DNA of 64,000 nt from Eledone cirrhosa (taxonomy: Eukaryota), in contig OZ024740.1 of the NCBI GenBank assembly GCA_964016885.1, positions 50,592,001-50,656,000 of the forward strand, given 5' to 3'. A program made the translations under genes and the position numbers. Below, one piece after another: positions 42,901 through 57,900 of the stretch. The notes under the pieces were generated by a model. It saw only the letters and a program-made list of their open reading frames with translations, did not search any database and was not told the origin of the DNA. The first letter of the stretch is position 1, and every line of letters starts with the position of its first letter.

Positions 42901-45900
42901 TAGGTGTCATTACAAAAAGCACCCAGTCCACACTGTAAAGTGATCTTGTAGGTGTCATTACAAAAAGCAGCAAGTCCACACTGTTAAGTGGTCTTGTAGG
43001 TGTCATTACAAAAAGCACCCAATCCACATTGTAAAGTGGTCTTGTAGGTGTCATTACAAAAACCACCTAGTCCACACTGTAAAGTGATCTTCTAGGTGTC
43101 ATTACAAAAAGCACCCAGTCCACACTGTAAAGTGGTCTTGTAGGTGTCATTACAAAAAGCACCCAGTCCACACTGTAAAGTGCTCTTGTAGGTGTCATTA
43201 GAGAAAGCACCTAGTTCACACTGTAAAGTGATCTTCTAGGTGTCATTACAAAAAGCACCCAGTCCATACTGTAAAGTGGTCTTGTAGATGTCATTACAAA
43301 ATGCACCTAGACCACACTGTAAAGTGGTCTTGTAGATGTCATTACAAAATGCACCTAATCCACACTGTAAAGTGGTCTTGTAGGTGTCATTACAAAAAGC
43401 ACCCAGTCCACACTGTAAAGTGGTCTTGTAGGTGTCATTACAAAAAGCACCTAGTCCACACTGTAAAGTGATCTTCTAGGTGTCATTACAAAAAGCACCT
43501 AGTCCACACTGTAAAGTGATCTTCTAGGTGTCATTACAAAAAGCACCCAGTACACACTGTAAAGTGGTCTTGTAGGTGTCATTACAAAAAGCACCTAGTC
43601 CACACTGTAAAGTGATCTTCTAGGTGTCATTACAAAAAGCCCCCAGTCCACACTGTAAAGTGGTCTTGTAGGTATCATTACAAAAAGCACCTAGTCCACA
43701 CTGTAAAGTGATCTTCTAGGTGTCATTACAAAAAGCACACAGTCCACACTGTAAAGTGGTCTTGTAGGTGTCATTACAAAAAGCACCTAGTCCACACTGT
43801 AAAGTTATCTGCTAGGTGTCATTACAAAAAGCACCCAGTCCACACTGTAAAGTGGTCTTGTAGGTGTCATTACAAAAAGCACCCAGTCCACACTGTAAAG
43901 TGGTCTTGTAGGTGTCATTACAAAAAGCACCTAGTCCACACTGTAAAGTGATCTTCTAGGTGTCATTACAAAAAGCACCTAGTCCACACTGTAAAGTGAT
44001 CTTGTAGGTGTCATTACAAAAAGCACACAGTCCACACAGTAAAGTGGTCTTGTAGGTGTCATTACAAAAAGCACCTGTAAAGTGATTTTCTAGGTGTCAT
44101 TACAAAAAGCACCTAGTCCACACTGTAAAGTGGTCTTGTAGGTGTCATTACAAAAAGCACCCAGTCAAAACTGTAAAGTGGTCGTGTAGGTGTCATTACA
44201 AAAAGCATCTAGTCCACATTGTAAAGTGATCTTGTAGGTGTCATTACAAAAAGCACCTAGTCCAAACTGTAAAGTGGTCTTGTAGATGTCATTACAAAAA
44301 GCACCCAGTCCACACTGTAAAGTGGTCTTGTAGGTGTTATTACAAAAAGCACCCAGTCAAAACTGTAAAGTGGTCGTGTAGGTGTCATTACAAAAAGCAT
44401 CTAGTCCACATTGTAAAGTGATCTTGTAGGTGTCATTACAAAAAGCACCTAGTCCAAATTGTAAAGTGGTCTTGTAGATGTCATTACAAAAAGCACCCAG
44501 TGCACACTGTAAAGTGGTCTTGTAGGTGTCATTACAAAAAGCACCCAGTCCAAACTGTAAAGTGGTCTTGTAGGTGTCATTACAAAAAGCACCTAGTCCA
44601 CACTGTAAAGTGATCTTGTAGGTGTCATTACAAAAAGCACCTAGTCCACACTGTAAAGTGATCTTGTAGGTGTCATTACAAAAAGCACCTAGTCCACATA
44701 GTAAAGTGATCTTGTATGTGTCATTACAAAAAGCACCTAGTCCACACTGTAAAGTGATCTTGTAGGTGTCATTACAAAAAGCACCTAGTTCACACTATAA
44801 AGTGATCTTGTAGATGTCATTACAAAAAGCACCTAGTCCACATTGTAAAGTGATCTTGTAGGTGTCATTACAAAAAGCACCTACTCCACACTGTAAAGTG
44901 ATCTTGTAGGTGTCATTACAAAAAGCACCCAGTCCACACTGTAAAGTGGTCTTGTAGGTGTCATTACAAAAAGCACCCAGTCCACACTGCAAAGTGGTCT
45001 TGTAGATGTCATTACAAAAAGCACCCAGTCCACACTGCAAAGTGGTCTTGTAGGTGTCATTACAAAAAGCACCTAGTCCACACTGTAAAGTGGTCTTGTA
45101 GGTGTCATTACAAAAAGCACCCAGTCCAAACTGTAAAGTGGTCTTGTAGGTGTCATTACAAAAAGCACCTAGTCCACACTGTAAAGTGATCTTGTAGGTG
45201 TCATTACAAAAAGCACCTAGTCCACACTGTAAAGTGATCTTGTAGGTGTCATTATAAAAAGCATCTAGTTCACATTGTAAAGTGATCTTGTAGGTGTCAT
45301 TACAAAAAGCACCTAGTCCAAACTGTAAAGTGGTCTTGTAGATGTCATTACAAAAAGCACCCAGTCCACACTGTAAAGTGGTCTTGTAGGTGTCATTACA
45401 AAAAGCACACAGTCCACACTCTAAAGTGGTCTTGTAGGTGTCATTACAAAAAACACCCAGTCCACACCGTAAAGTGGTCTTGTAGGTGTCATTACAAAAA
45501 GCACCCAGTCCAATCTGTAAAGTGGTATTGTAGGTGTCATTACAAAAAGCACCCAGTCCAAACTGTAAAGTGGTCGTGTAGGTGTCATTACAAAAAGCAT
45601 CTAGTCCACATTGTAAAGTGATCTTGTAGGTGTCATTACAAAAAGCACCTAGTCCAAACTGTAAAGTGGTCTTGTAGATGTCATTACAAAAAGCACCCAG
45701 TCCACACTGTAAAGTGGTCTTGTAGGTGTCATTACAAAAAGCACCCAGTCAAAACTGTAAAGTAGTCGTGTAGGTGTCATTACAAAAAGCATATAGTCCA
45801 CATTGTAAAGTGATCTTGTAGGTGTCATTACAAAAAGCACCTAGTCCAAACTGTAAAGTGGTCTTGTAGATGTCATTACAAAAAGCACCAGTCCACACTG

Positions 45901-48900
45901 TAAAGTGGTCTTGTAGGTGTCATTACAAAAAGCACCCAGTCAAAACTGTAAAGTGGTCGTGTAGGTGTCATTACAAAAAGCATCTAGTCCACATTGTAAA
46001 GTGATCTTGTAGGTGTCATTACAAAAAGCACCTAGTCCAAACTATAAAGTGGTCTTGTAGATGTCATTACAAAAAGCATCCAGTCCACACTGTAAAGTGG
46101 TCTTGTAGGTGTCATTACAAAAAGCACACAGTCCACACTCTAAAGTGGTCTTGTAGGTGTCATTACAAAAAGCACCCAGTCCACACTGTAAAGTGGTCTT
46201 GTAGGTGTCATTACAAAAAGCACCCAGTCCAATCTGTAAAGTGGTCTTGTAGGTGTCATTACGAAAAGCACCCAGTCCAAACTGTAAAGTGGTCGTGTAG
46301 GTGTCATTACAAAAAGCACCTAGTCCACACTGTAAAGTGATCTTGTAGGTGTCATTATATAAACACCTAGTCCACACTGTAAAGTGATCTTGTAGGTGTC
46401 ATTACAAAAAGCACCTAGTCCACATTGTAAAGTGATCTTGTAGGTGTCATTACAAAAAGCACCAAGTCCACACTGTTAAGTGGTCTTGTAGGTGTCATTA
46501 CAAAAAGCATCTAGTCCACACTGTAAAGTGGTCTTGTAGATATCATTACAAAAAGCACCCAGTCCAAACTGTAAAGTGATCTTGTAGGTGTCATTACAAA
46601 AAGCACCCAGTCCACACTGTAAAGTGGTCTTGTAGGTGTCATTACAAAAAGCACCTAGTCCACACTGTAAAGTGATCTTGTAGGTGTCATTACAAAAAGC
46701 ACCCAATCCACATTGTAAAGTGGTCTTCTAAGTGTCATTAAAAAAAGCACCCAGTCCACACTGTAAAGTGGTCTTGTAGGTGTCATTACAAAAAGCACCC
46801 AGTCCACACTCTAAAGTGGTCTTGTAGGTGTCATTACAAAAAGCACCCAGTCCACACTCTAAAGTGGTCTTGTAGGTGTCATTACAAAAAGCACCTAGTC
46901 CTCACTGTAAAGTGATCTTGTAGGTGTCATTACAAAAAGCACCTAGTCCACATTGTAAACTGATCTTGTAGGTGTCATTAAAAAAAGCACCCAGTCCACA
47001 CTGTAAAGTGGTCTTGTAGGTGTCATTACAAAAAGCACCTAGTCCACACTGTAAAGTGGTCTTGTAGGGGTCATTACAAAAAGCACCCAGTCCAAACTGT
47101 AAAGTGGTCTTGTAGGTGTCATTAAAAAAAGCACCTAGTCCACACTGTAAAGTGATCTTGTAGGTGTCATTACAAAAAGCACCTAGTCCACACTGTAAAG
47201 TGATCTTGTAGGTGTCATTACAAAAAGCACCTAGTCCACATAGTAAAGTGATCTTGTATGTGTCATTACAAAAAGCACCTAGTCCACACTGTAAAGTGAT
47301 CTTGTAGGTGTCATTACAAAAAGCACCTAGTTCACACTATAAAGTGATCTTGTAGGTGTCATTACAAAAAGCACCTAGTCCACATTGTAAAGTGATCTTG
47401 TAGGTGTCATTACAAAAAGCACCTACTCCACACGGTAAAGTGATCTTGTAGGTGTCATTACAAAAAGCACCCAGTCCACACTGCAAAGTGGTCTTGTAGA
47501 TGTCATTACAAAAAGCACCCAGTCCACACTGTAAAGTGGTCTTGTAGGTGTCATTACAAAAAGCACCCAGTGCACACTGTAAAGTGGTCTTGTAGGTGTC
47601 ATTACAAAAAGCACCCAGTCCAAACTGTAAAGTGGTCTTGTAGGTGTCATTACAAAAAGCACCTAGTCCACACTGTAAAGTGATCTTGTAGGTGTCATTA
47701 CAAAAAGCACCTAGTCCACACTGTAAAGTGATCTTGTAGGTGTCATTACAAAAAGCACCTAGTCCACATAGTAAAGTGATCTTGTATGTGTCATTACAAA
47801 AAGCACCTAGTCCACACTGTAAAGTGATCTTGTAGGTGTCATTACAAAAAGCACCTAGTTCACACTATAAAGTGACCTTGTAGATGTCATTACAAAAAGC
47901 ACCTAGTCCACATTGTAAAGTGATCTTGTAGGTGTCATTACAAAAAGCACCTACTCCACACTGTAAAGTGATCTTGTAGGTGTCATTACAAAAAGCACCC
48001 AGTCCACACTGTAAAGTGGTCTTGTAGGTGTCATTACAAAAAGCACCCAGTCCACACTGCAAAGTGGTCTTGTAGATGTCATTACAAAAAGCACCCAGTC
48101 CACACTGCAAAGTGGTCTTGTAGGTGTCATTACAAAAAGCACCCAGTCCACACTGTAAAGTGGTCTTGTAGGTGTCATTACAAAAAGCACCCAGTCCAAA
48201 CTGTAAAGTGGTCTTGTAGGTGTCATTACAAAAAGCACCTAGTTCACACTGTAAAGTGATCTTGTAGGTGTCATTACAAAAAGCACCTAGTCCACACTGT
48301 AAAGTGATCTTGTAGGTGTCATTACAAAAAGCACCTAGTCCACATAGTAAAGTGATCTTGTATGTGTCATTACAAAAAGCACCTAGTGCACACTGTAAAG
48401 TGATCTTGTAGGTGTCATTACAAAAAGCACCTAGTTCACATTGTAAAGTGATCTTGTAGGTGTCATTACAAAAAGCACCTACTCCACACTGTAAAGTGAT
48501 CTTGTAGGTGTCATTACAAAAAGCACCCAGTCCACACTGTAAAGTGGTCTTGTAGGTGTCATTACAAAAAGCACCCAGTCCACACTGCAAAGTGGTCTTG
48601 TAGATGTCATTACAAAAAGCACCCAGTCCACACTGCAAAGTGGTCTTGTAGGTGTCATTACAAAAAGCACCCAGTCCACACTGTAAAGTGGTCTTGTAGG
48701 TGTCATTACAAAATGCACCTAGTCCACACTGTAAAGTGGTCTTGTAGATGTCATTACAAAAAGCACCCAGTCCACACTGGAAAGTGGTTTTGTAGGTGTC
48801 ATTACAAAAAGCACCCAGTCCACACTGTAAAGTGGTCTTGTAGGTGTCATTACAAAATGCACCTAGTCCACACTGTAAAGTGGTCTTGTAGATGTCATTA

Positions 48901-51900
48901 CAAAAAGCACCCAGTCCACACTGCAAAGTGATTTTGTAGGTGTCATTACAAAAAGCACCCAGTCCACACTGCAAAGTGGTCTTGTAGGTGTCATTACAAA
49001 AAGCACCCAGTCCACACTGTAAAGTGATCTTGTAGGTGTCATTACAAAAAGCAGCAAGTCCACACTGTTAAGTGGTCTTGTAGGTGTCATTACAAAAAGC
49101 ACCCAATCCACATTGTAAAGTGGTCTTGTAGGTGTCATTACAAAAAGCACCTAGTCCACACTGTAAAGTGATCTTCTAGGTGTCATTACAAAAAGCACCC
49201 AGTCCACACTGTAAAGTGGTCTTGTAGGTGTCATTACAAAAAGCACCCAGTCCACACTGTAAAGTGCTCTTGTAGGTGTCATTAGAGAAAGCACCTAGTT
49301 CACACTGTAAAGTGATCTTCTAGGTGTCATTACAAAAAGCACCCAGTCCACACTGTAAAGTGGTCTTGTAGATGTCATTACAAAATGCACCTAGACCACA
49401 CTGTAAAGTGGTCTTGTAGATGTCATTACAAAATGCACCTAATCCACACTGTAAAGTGGTCTTGTAGGTGTCATTACAAAAAGCACCCAGTCCACACTGT
49501 AAAGTGGTCTTGTAGGTGTCATTACAAAAAGCACCTAGTCCACACTGTAAAGTGATCTTCTAGGTGTCATTACAAAAAGCACCTAGTCCACACTGTAAAG
49601 TGATCTTCTAGGTGTCATTACAAAAAGCACCCAGTACACACTGTAAAGTGGTCTTGTAGGTGTCATTACAAAAAGCACCTAGTCCACACTGTAAAGTGAT
49701 CTTCTAGGTGTCATTACAAAAAGCCCCCAGTCCACACTGTAAAGTGGTCTTGTAGGTATCATTACAAAAAGCACCTAGTCCACACTGTAAAGTGATCTTC
49801 TAGGTGTCATTACAAAAAGCACACAGTCCACACTGTAAAGTGGTCTTGTAGGTGTCATTACAAAAAGCACCTAGTCCACACTGTAAAGTTATCTTCTAGG
49901 TGTCATTACAAAAAGCACCCAGTCCACACTGTAAAGTGGTCTTGTAGGTGTCATTACAAAAAGCACCCAGTCCACACTGTAAAGTGGTCTTGTAGGTGTC
50001 ATTACAAAAAGCACCTAGTCCACACTGTAAAGTGATCTTCTAGGTGTCATTACAAAAAGCACCTAGTCCACACTGTAAAGTGATCTTGTAGGTGTCATTA
50101 CAAAAAGCACACAGTCCACACAGTAAAGTGGTCTTGTAGGTGTCATTACAAAAAGCACCTGTAAAGTGATTTTCTAGGTGTCATTACAAAAAGCACCTAG
50201 TCCACACTGTAAAGTGGTCTTGTAGGTGTCATTACAAAAAGCACCCAGTCAAAACTGTAAAGTGGTCGTGTAGGTGTCATTACAAAAAGCATCTAGTCCA
50301 CATTGTAAAGTGATCTTGTAGGTGTCATTACAAAAAGCACCTAGTCCAAACTGTAAAGTGGTCTTGTAGATGTCATTACAAAAAGCACCCAGTCCACACT
50401 GTAAAGTGGTCTTGTAGGTGTTATTACAAAAAGCACCCAGTCAAAACTGTAAAGTGGTCGTGTAGGTGTCATTACAAAAAGCATCTAGTCCACATTGTAA
50501 AGTGATCTTGTAGGTGTCATTACAAAAAGCACCTAGTCCAAATTGTAAAGTGGTCTTGTAGATGTCATTACAAAAAGCACCCAGTGCACACTGTAAAGTG
50601 GTCTTGTAGGTGTCATTACAAAAAGCACCCAGTCCAAACTGTAAAGTGGTCTTGTAGGTGTCATTACAAAAAGCACCTAGTCCACACTGTAAAGTGATCT
50701 TGTAGGTGTCATTACAAAAAGCACCTAGTCCACACTGTAAAGTGATCTTGTAGGTGTCATTACAAAAAGCACCTAGTCCACATAGTAAAGTGATCTTGTA
50801 TGTGTCATTACAAAAAGCACCTAGTCCACACTGTAAAGTGATCTTGTAGGTGTCATTACAAAAAGCACCTAGTTCACACTATAAAGTGATCTTGTAGATG
50901 TCATTACAAAAAGCACCTAGTCCACATTGTAAAGTGATCTTGTAGGTGTCATTACAAAAAGCACCTACTCCACACTGTAAAGTGATCTTGTAGGTGTCAT
51001 TACAAAAAGCACCCAGTCCACACTGTAAAGTGGTCTTGTAGGTGTCATTACAAAAAGCACCCAGTCCACACTGCAAAGTGGTCTTGTAGATGTCATTACA
51101 AAAAGCACCCAGTCCACACTGCAAAGTGGTCTTGTAGGTGTCATTACAAAAAGCACCTAGTCCACACTGTAAAGTGGTCTTGTAGGTGTCATTACAAAAA
51201 GCACCCAGTCCAAACTGTAAAGTGGTCTTGTAGGTGTCATTACAAAAAGCACCTAGTCCACACTGTAAAGTGATCTTGTAGGTGTCATTACAAAAAGCAC
51301 CTAGTCCACACTGTAAAGTGATCTTGTAGGTGTCATTACAAAAAGCACCTAGTCCACATAGTAAAGTGATCTTGTATGTGTCATTACAAAAAGCACCTAG
51401 TCCACACTGTAAAGTGATCTTGTAGGTGTCATTACAAAAAGCACCTAGTTCACATTGTAAAGTGATCTTGTAGGTGTCATTACAAAAAGCACCTACTCCA
51501 CACTGTAAAGTGATCTTGTAGGTGTCATTACAAAAAGCACCCAGTCCACACTGTAAAGTGGTCTTGTAGGTGTCATTACAAAAAGCACCCAGTCCACACT
51601 GCAAAGTGGTCTTGTAGATGTCATTACAAAAAGCACCCAGTCCACACTGCAAAGTGGTCTTGTAGGTGTCATTACAAAAAGCACCTAGTCCACACTGTAA
51701 AGTGGTCTTGTAGGTGTCATTACAAAAAGCACCCAGTCCAAACTGTAAAGTGGTCTTGTAGGTGTCATTACAAAAAGCACCTAGTCCACACTGTAAAGTG
51801 ATCTTGTAGGTGTCATTACAAAAAGCACCTAGTCCACACTGTAAAGTGATCTTGTAGGTGTCATTATAAAAAGCATCTAGTTCACATTGTAAAGTGATCT

Positions 51901-54900
51901 TGTAGGTGTCATTACAAAAAGCACCTAGTCCAAACTGTAAAGTGGTCTTGTAGATGTCATTACAAAAAGCACCCAGTCCACACTGTAAAGTGGTCTTGTA
52001 GGTGTCATTACAAAAAGCACACAGTCCACACTCTAAAGTGGTCTTGTAGGTGTCATTACAAAAAACACCCAGTCCACACCGTAAAGTGGTCTTGTAGGTG
52101 TCATTACAAAAAGCACCCAGTCCAATCTGTAAAGTGGTATTGTAGGTGTCATTACAAAAAGCACCCAGTCCAAACTGTAAAGTGGTCGTGTAGGTGTCAT
52201 TACAAAAAGCATCTAGTCCACATTGTAAAGTGATCTTGTAGGTGTCATTACAAAAAGCACCTAGTCCAAACTGTAAAGTGGTCTTGTAGATGTCATTACA
52301 AAAAGCACCCAGTCCACACTGTAAAGTGGTCTTGTAGGTGTCATTACAAAAAGCACCCAGTCAAAACTGTAAAGTAGTCGTGTAGGTGTCATTACAAAAA
52401 GCATATAGTCCACATTGTAAAGTGATCTTGTAGGTGTCATTACAAAAAGCACCTAGTCCAAACTGTAAAGTGGTCTTGTAGATGTCATTACAAAAAGCAC
52501 CAGTCCACACTGTAAAGTGGTCTTGTAGGTGTCATTACAAAAAGCACCCAGTCAAAACTGTAAAGTGGTCGTGTAGGTGTCATTACAAAAAGCATCTAGT
52601 CCACATTGTAAAGTGATCTTGTAGGTGTCATTACAAAAAGCACCTAGTCCAAACTATAAAGTGGTCTTGTAGATGTCATTACAAAAAGCATCCAGTCCAC
52701 ACTGTAAAGTGGTCTTGTAGGTGTCATTACAAAAAGCACACAGTCCACACTCTAAAGTGGTCTTGTAGGTGTCATTACAAAAAGCACCCAGTCCACACTG
52801 TAAAGTGGTCTTGTAGGTGTCATTACAAAAAGCACCCAGTCCAATCTGTAAAGTGGTCTTGTAGGTGTCATTACGAAAAGCACCCAGTCCAAACTGTAAA
52901 GTGGTCGTGTAGGTGTCATTACAAAAAGCACCTAGTCCACACTGTAAAGTGATCTTGTAGGTGTCATTATATAAACACCTAGTCCACACTGTAAAGTGAT
53001 CTTGTAGGTGTCATTACAAAAAGCACCTAGTCCACATTGTAAAGTGATCTTGTAGGTGTCATTACAAAAAGCACCAAGTCCACACTGTTAAGTGGTCTTG
53101 TAGGTGTCATTACAAAAAGCATCTAGTCCACACTGTAAAGTGGTCTTGTAGATATCATTACAAAAAGCACCCAGTCCAAACTGTAAAGTGATCTTGTAGG
53201 TGTCATTACAAAAAGCACCCAGTCCACACTGTAAAGTGGTCTTGTAGGTGTCATTACAAAAAGCACCTAGTCCACACTGTAAAGTGATCTTGTAGGTGTC
53301 ATTACAAAAAGCACCCAATCCACATTGTAAAGTGGTCTTCTAAGTGTCATTAAAAAAAGCACCCAGTCCACACTGTAAAGTGGTCTTGTAGGTGTCATTA
53401 CAAAAAGCACCCAGTCCACACTCTAAAGTGGTCTTGTAGGTGTCATTACAAAAAGCACCCAGTCCACACTCTAAAGTGGTCTTGTAGGTGTCATTACAAA
53501 AAGCACCTAGTCCTCACTGTAAAGTGATCTTGTAGGTGTCATTACAAAAAGCACCTAGTCCACATTGTAAACTGATCTTGTAGGTGTCATTAAAAAAAGC
53601 ACCCAGTCCACACTGTAAAGTGGTCTTGTAGGTGTCATTACAAAAAGCACCTAGTCCACACTGTAAAGTGGTCTTGTAGGGGTCATTACAAAAAGCACCC
53701 AGTCCAAACTGTAAAGTGGTCTTGTAGGTGTCATTAAAAAAAGCACCTAGTCCACACTGTAAAGTGATCTTGTAGGTGTCATTACAAAAAGCACCTAGTC
53801 CACACTGTAAAGTGATCTTGTAGGTGTCATTACAAAAAGCACCTAGTCCACATAGTAAAGTGATCTTGTATGTGTCATTACAAAAAGCACCTAGTCCACA
53901 CTGTAAAGTGATCTTGTAGGTGTCATTACAAAAAGCACCTAGTTCACACTATAAAGTGATCTTGTAGGTGTCATTACAAAAAGCACCTAGTCCACATTGT
54001 AAAGTGATCTTGTAGGTGTCATTACAAAAAGCACCTACTCCACACGGTAAAGTGATCTTGTAGGTGTCATTACAAAAAGCACCCAGTCCACACTGCAAAG
54101 TGGTCTTGTAGATGTCATTACAAAAAGCACCCAGTCCACACTGTAAAGTGGTCTTGTAGGTGTCATTACAAAAAGCACCCAGTGCACACTGTAAAGTGGT
54201 CTTGTAGGTGTCATTACAAAAAGCACCCAGTCCAAACTGTAAAGTGGTCTTGTAGGTGTCATTACAAAAAGCACCTAGTCCACACTGTAAAGTGATCTTG
54301 TAGGTGTCATTACAAAAAGCACCTAGTCCACACTGTAAAGTGATCTTGTAGGTGTCATTACAAAAAGCACCTAGTCCACATAGTAAAGTGATCTTGTATG
54401 TGTCATTACAAAAAGCACCTAGTCCACACTGTAAAGTGATCTTGTAGGTGTCATTACAAAAAGCACCTAGTTCACACTATAAAGTGACCTTGTAGATGTC
54501 ATTACAAAAAGCACCTAGTCCACATTGTAAAGTGATCTTGTAGGTGTCATTACAAAAAGCACCTACTCCACACTGTAAAGTGATCTTGTAGGTGTCATTA
54601 CAAAAAGCACCCAGTCCACACTGTAAAGTGGTCTTGTAGGTGTCATTACAAAAAGCACCCAGTCCACACTGCAAAGTGGTCTTGTAGATGTCATTACAAA
54701 AAGCACCCAGTCCACACTGCAAAGTGGTCTTGTAGGTGTCATTACAAAAAGCACCCAGTCCACACTGTAAAGTGGTCTTGTAGGTGTCATTACAAAAAGC
54801 ACCCAGTCCAAACTGTAAAGTGGTCTTGTAGGTGTCATTACAAAAAGCACCTAGTTCACACTGTAAAGTGATCTTGTAGGTGTCATTACAAAAAGCACCT

Positions 54901-57900
54901 AGTCCACACTGTAAAGTGATCTTGTAGGTGTCATTACAAAAAGCACCTAGTCCACATAGTAAAGTGATCTTGTATGTGTCATTACAAAAAGCACCTAGTG
55001 CACACTGTAAAGTGATCTTGTAGGTGTCATTACAAAAAGCACCTAGTTCACATTGTAAAGTGATCTTGTAGGTGTCATTACAAAAAGCACCTACTCCACA
55101 CTGTAAAGTGATCTTGTAGGTGTCATTACAAAAAGCACCCAGTCCACACTGTAAAGTGGTCTTGTAGGTGTCATTACAAAAAGCACCCAGTCCACACTGC
55201 AAAGTGGTCTTGTAGATGTCATTACAAAAAGCACCCAGTCCACACTGCAAAGTGGTCTTGTAGGTGTCATTACAAAAAGCACCCAGTCCACACTGTAAAG
55301 TGGTCTTGTAGGTGTCATTACAAAATGCACCTAGTCCACACTGTAAAGTGGTCTTGTAGATGTCATTACAAAAAGCACCCAGTCCACACTGGAAAGTGGT
55401 TTTGTAGGTGTCATTACAAAAAGCACCCAGTCCACACTGTAAAGTGGTCTTGTAGGTGTCATTACAAAATGCACCTAGTCCACACTGTAAAGTGGTCTTG
55501 TAGATGTCATTACAAAAAGCACCCAGTCCACACTGCAAAGTGATTTTGTAGGTGTCATTACAAAAAGCACCCAGTCCACACTGCAAAGTGGTCTTGTAGG
55601 TGTCATTACAAAAAGCACCCAGTCCACACTGTAAAGTGATCTTGTAGGTGTCATTACAAAAAGCAGCAAGTCCACACTGTTAAGTGGTCTTGTAGGTGTC
55701 ATTACAAAAAGCACCCAATCCACATTGTAAAGTGGTCTTGTAGGTGTCATTACAAAAAGCACCTAGTCCACACTGTAAAGTGATCTTCTAGGTGTCATTA
55801 CAAAAAGCACCCAGTCCACACTGTAAAGTGGTCTTGTAGGTGTCATTACAAAAAGCACCCAGTCCACACTGTAAAGTGCTCTTGTAGGTGTCATTAGAGA
55901 AAGCACCTAGTTCACACTGTAAAGTGATCTTCTAGGTGTCATTACAAAAAGCACCCAGTCCACACTGTAAAGTGGTCTTGTAGATGTCATTACAAAATGC
56001 ACCTAGACCACACTGTAAAGTGGTCTTGTAGATGTCATTACAAAATGCACCTAATCCACACTGTAAAGTGGTCTTGTAGGTGTCATTACAAAAAGCACCC
56101 AGTCCACACTGTAAAGTGGTCTTGTAGGTGTCATTACAAAAAGCACCTAGTCCACACTGTAAAGTGATCTTCTAGGTGTCATTACAAAAAGCACCTAGTC
56201 CACACTGTAAAGTGATCTTCTAGGTGTCATTACAAAAAGCACCCAGTACACACTGTAAAGTGGTCTTGTAGGTGTCATTACAAAAAGCACCTAGTCCACA
56301 CTGTAAAGTGATCTTCTAGGTGTCATTACAAAAAGCCCCCAGTCCACACTGTAAAGTGGTCTTGTAGGTATCATTACAAAAAGCACCTAGTCCACACTGT
56401 AAAGTGATCTTCTAGGTGTCATTACAAAAAGCACACAGTCCACACTGTAAAGTGGTCTTGTAGGTGTCATTACAAAAAGCACCTAGTCCACACTGTAAAG
56501 TTATCTTCTAGGTGTCATTACAAAAAGCACCCAGTCCACACTGTAAAGTGGTCTTGTAGGTGTCATTACAAAAAGCACCCAGTCCACACTGTAAAGTGGT
56601 CTTGTAGGTGTCATTACAAAAAGCACCTAGTCCACACTGTAAAGTGATCTTCTAGGTGTCATTACAAAAAGCACCTAGTCCACACTGTAAAGTGATCTTG
56701 TAGGTGTCATTACAAAAAGCACACAGTCCACACAGTAAAGTGGTCTTGTAGGTGTCATTACAAAAAGCACCTGTAAAGTGATTTTCTAGGTGTCATTACA
56801 AAAAGCACCTAGTCCACACTGTAAAGTGGTCTTGTAGGTGTCATTACAAAAAGCACCCAGTCAAAACTGTAAAGTGGTCGTGTAGGTGTCATTACAAAAA
56901 GCATCTAGTCCACATTGTAAAGTGATCTTGTAGGTGTCATTACAAAAAGCACCTAGTCCAAACTGTAAAGTGGTCTTGTAGATGTCATTACAAAAAGCAC
57001 CCAGTCCACACTGTAAAGTGGTCTTGTAGGTGTTATTACAAAAAGCACCCAGTCAAAACTGTAAAGTGGTCGTGTAGGTGTCATTACAAAAAGCATCTAG
57101 TCCACATTGTAAAGTGATCTTGTAGGTGTCATTACAAAAAGCACCTAGTCCAAATTGTAAAGTGGTCTTGTAGATGTCATTACAAAAAGCACCCAGTGCA
57201 CACTGTAAAGTGGTCTTGTAGGTGTCATTACAAAAAGCACCCAGTCCAAACTGTAAAGTGGTCTTGTAGGTGTCATTACAAAAAGCACCTAGTCCACACT
57301 GTAAAGTGATCTTGTAGGTGTCATTACAAAAAGCACCTAGTCCACACTGTAAAGTGATCTTGTAGGTGTCATTACAAAAAGCACCTAGTCCACATAGTAA
57401 AGTGATCTTGTATGTGTCATTACAAAAAGCACCTAGTCCACACTGTAAAGTGATCTTGTAGGTGTCATTACAAAAAGCACCTAGTTCACACTATAAAGTG
57501 ATCTTGTAGATGTCATTACAAAAAGCACCTAGTCCACATTGTAAAGTGATCTTGTAGGTGTCATTACAAAAAGCACCTACTCCACACTGTAAAGTGATCT
57601 TGTAGGTGTCATTACAAAAAGCACCCAGTCCACACTGTAAAGTGGTCTTGTAGGTGTCATTACAAAAAGCACCCAGTCCACACTGCAAAGTGGTCTTGTA
57701 GATGTCATTACAAAAAGCACCCAGTCCACACTGCAAAGTGGTCTTGTAGGTGTCATTACAAAAAGCACCTAGTCCACACTGTAAAGTGGTCTTGTAGGTG
57801 TCATTACAAAAAGCACCCAGTCCAAACTGTAAAGTGGTCTTGTAGGTGTCATTACAAAAAGCACCTAGTCCACACTGTAAAGTGATCTTGTAGGTGTCAT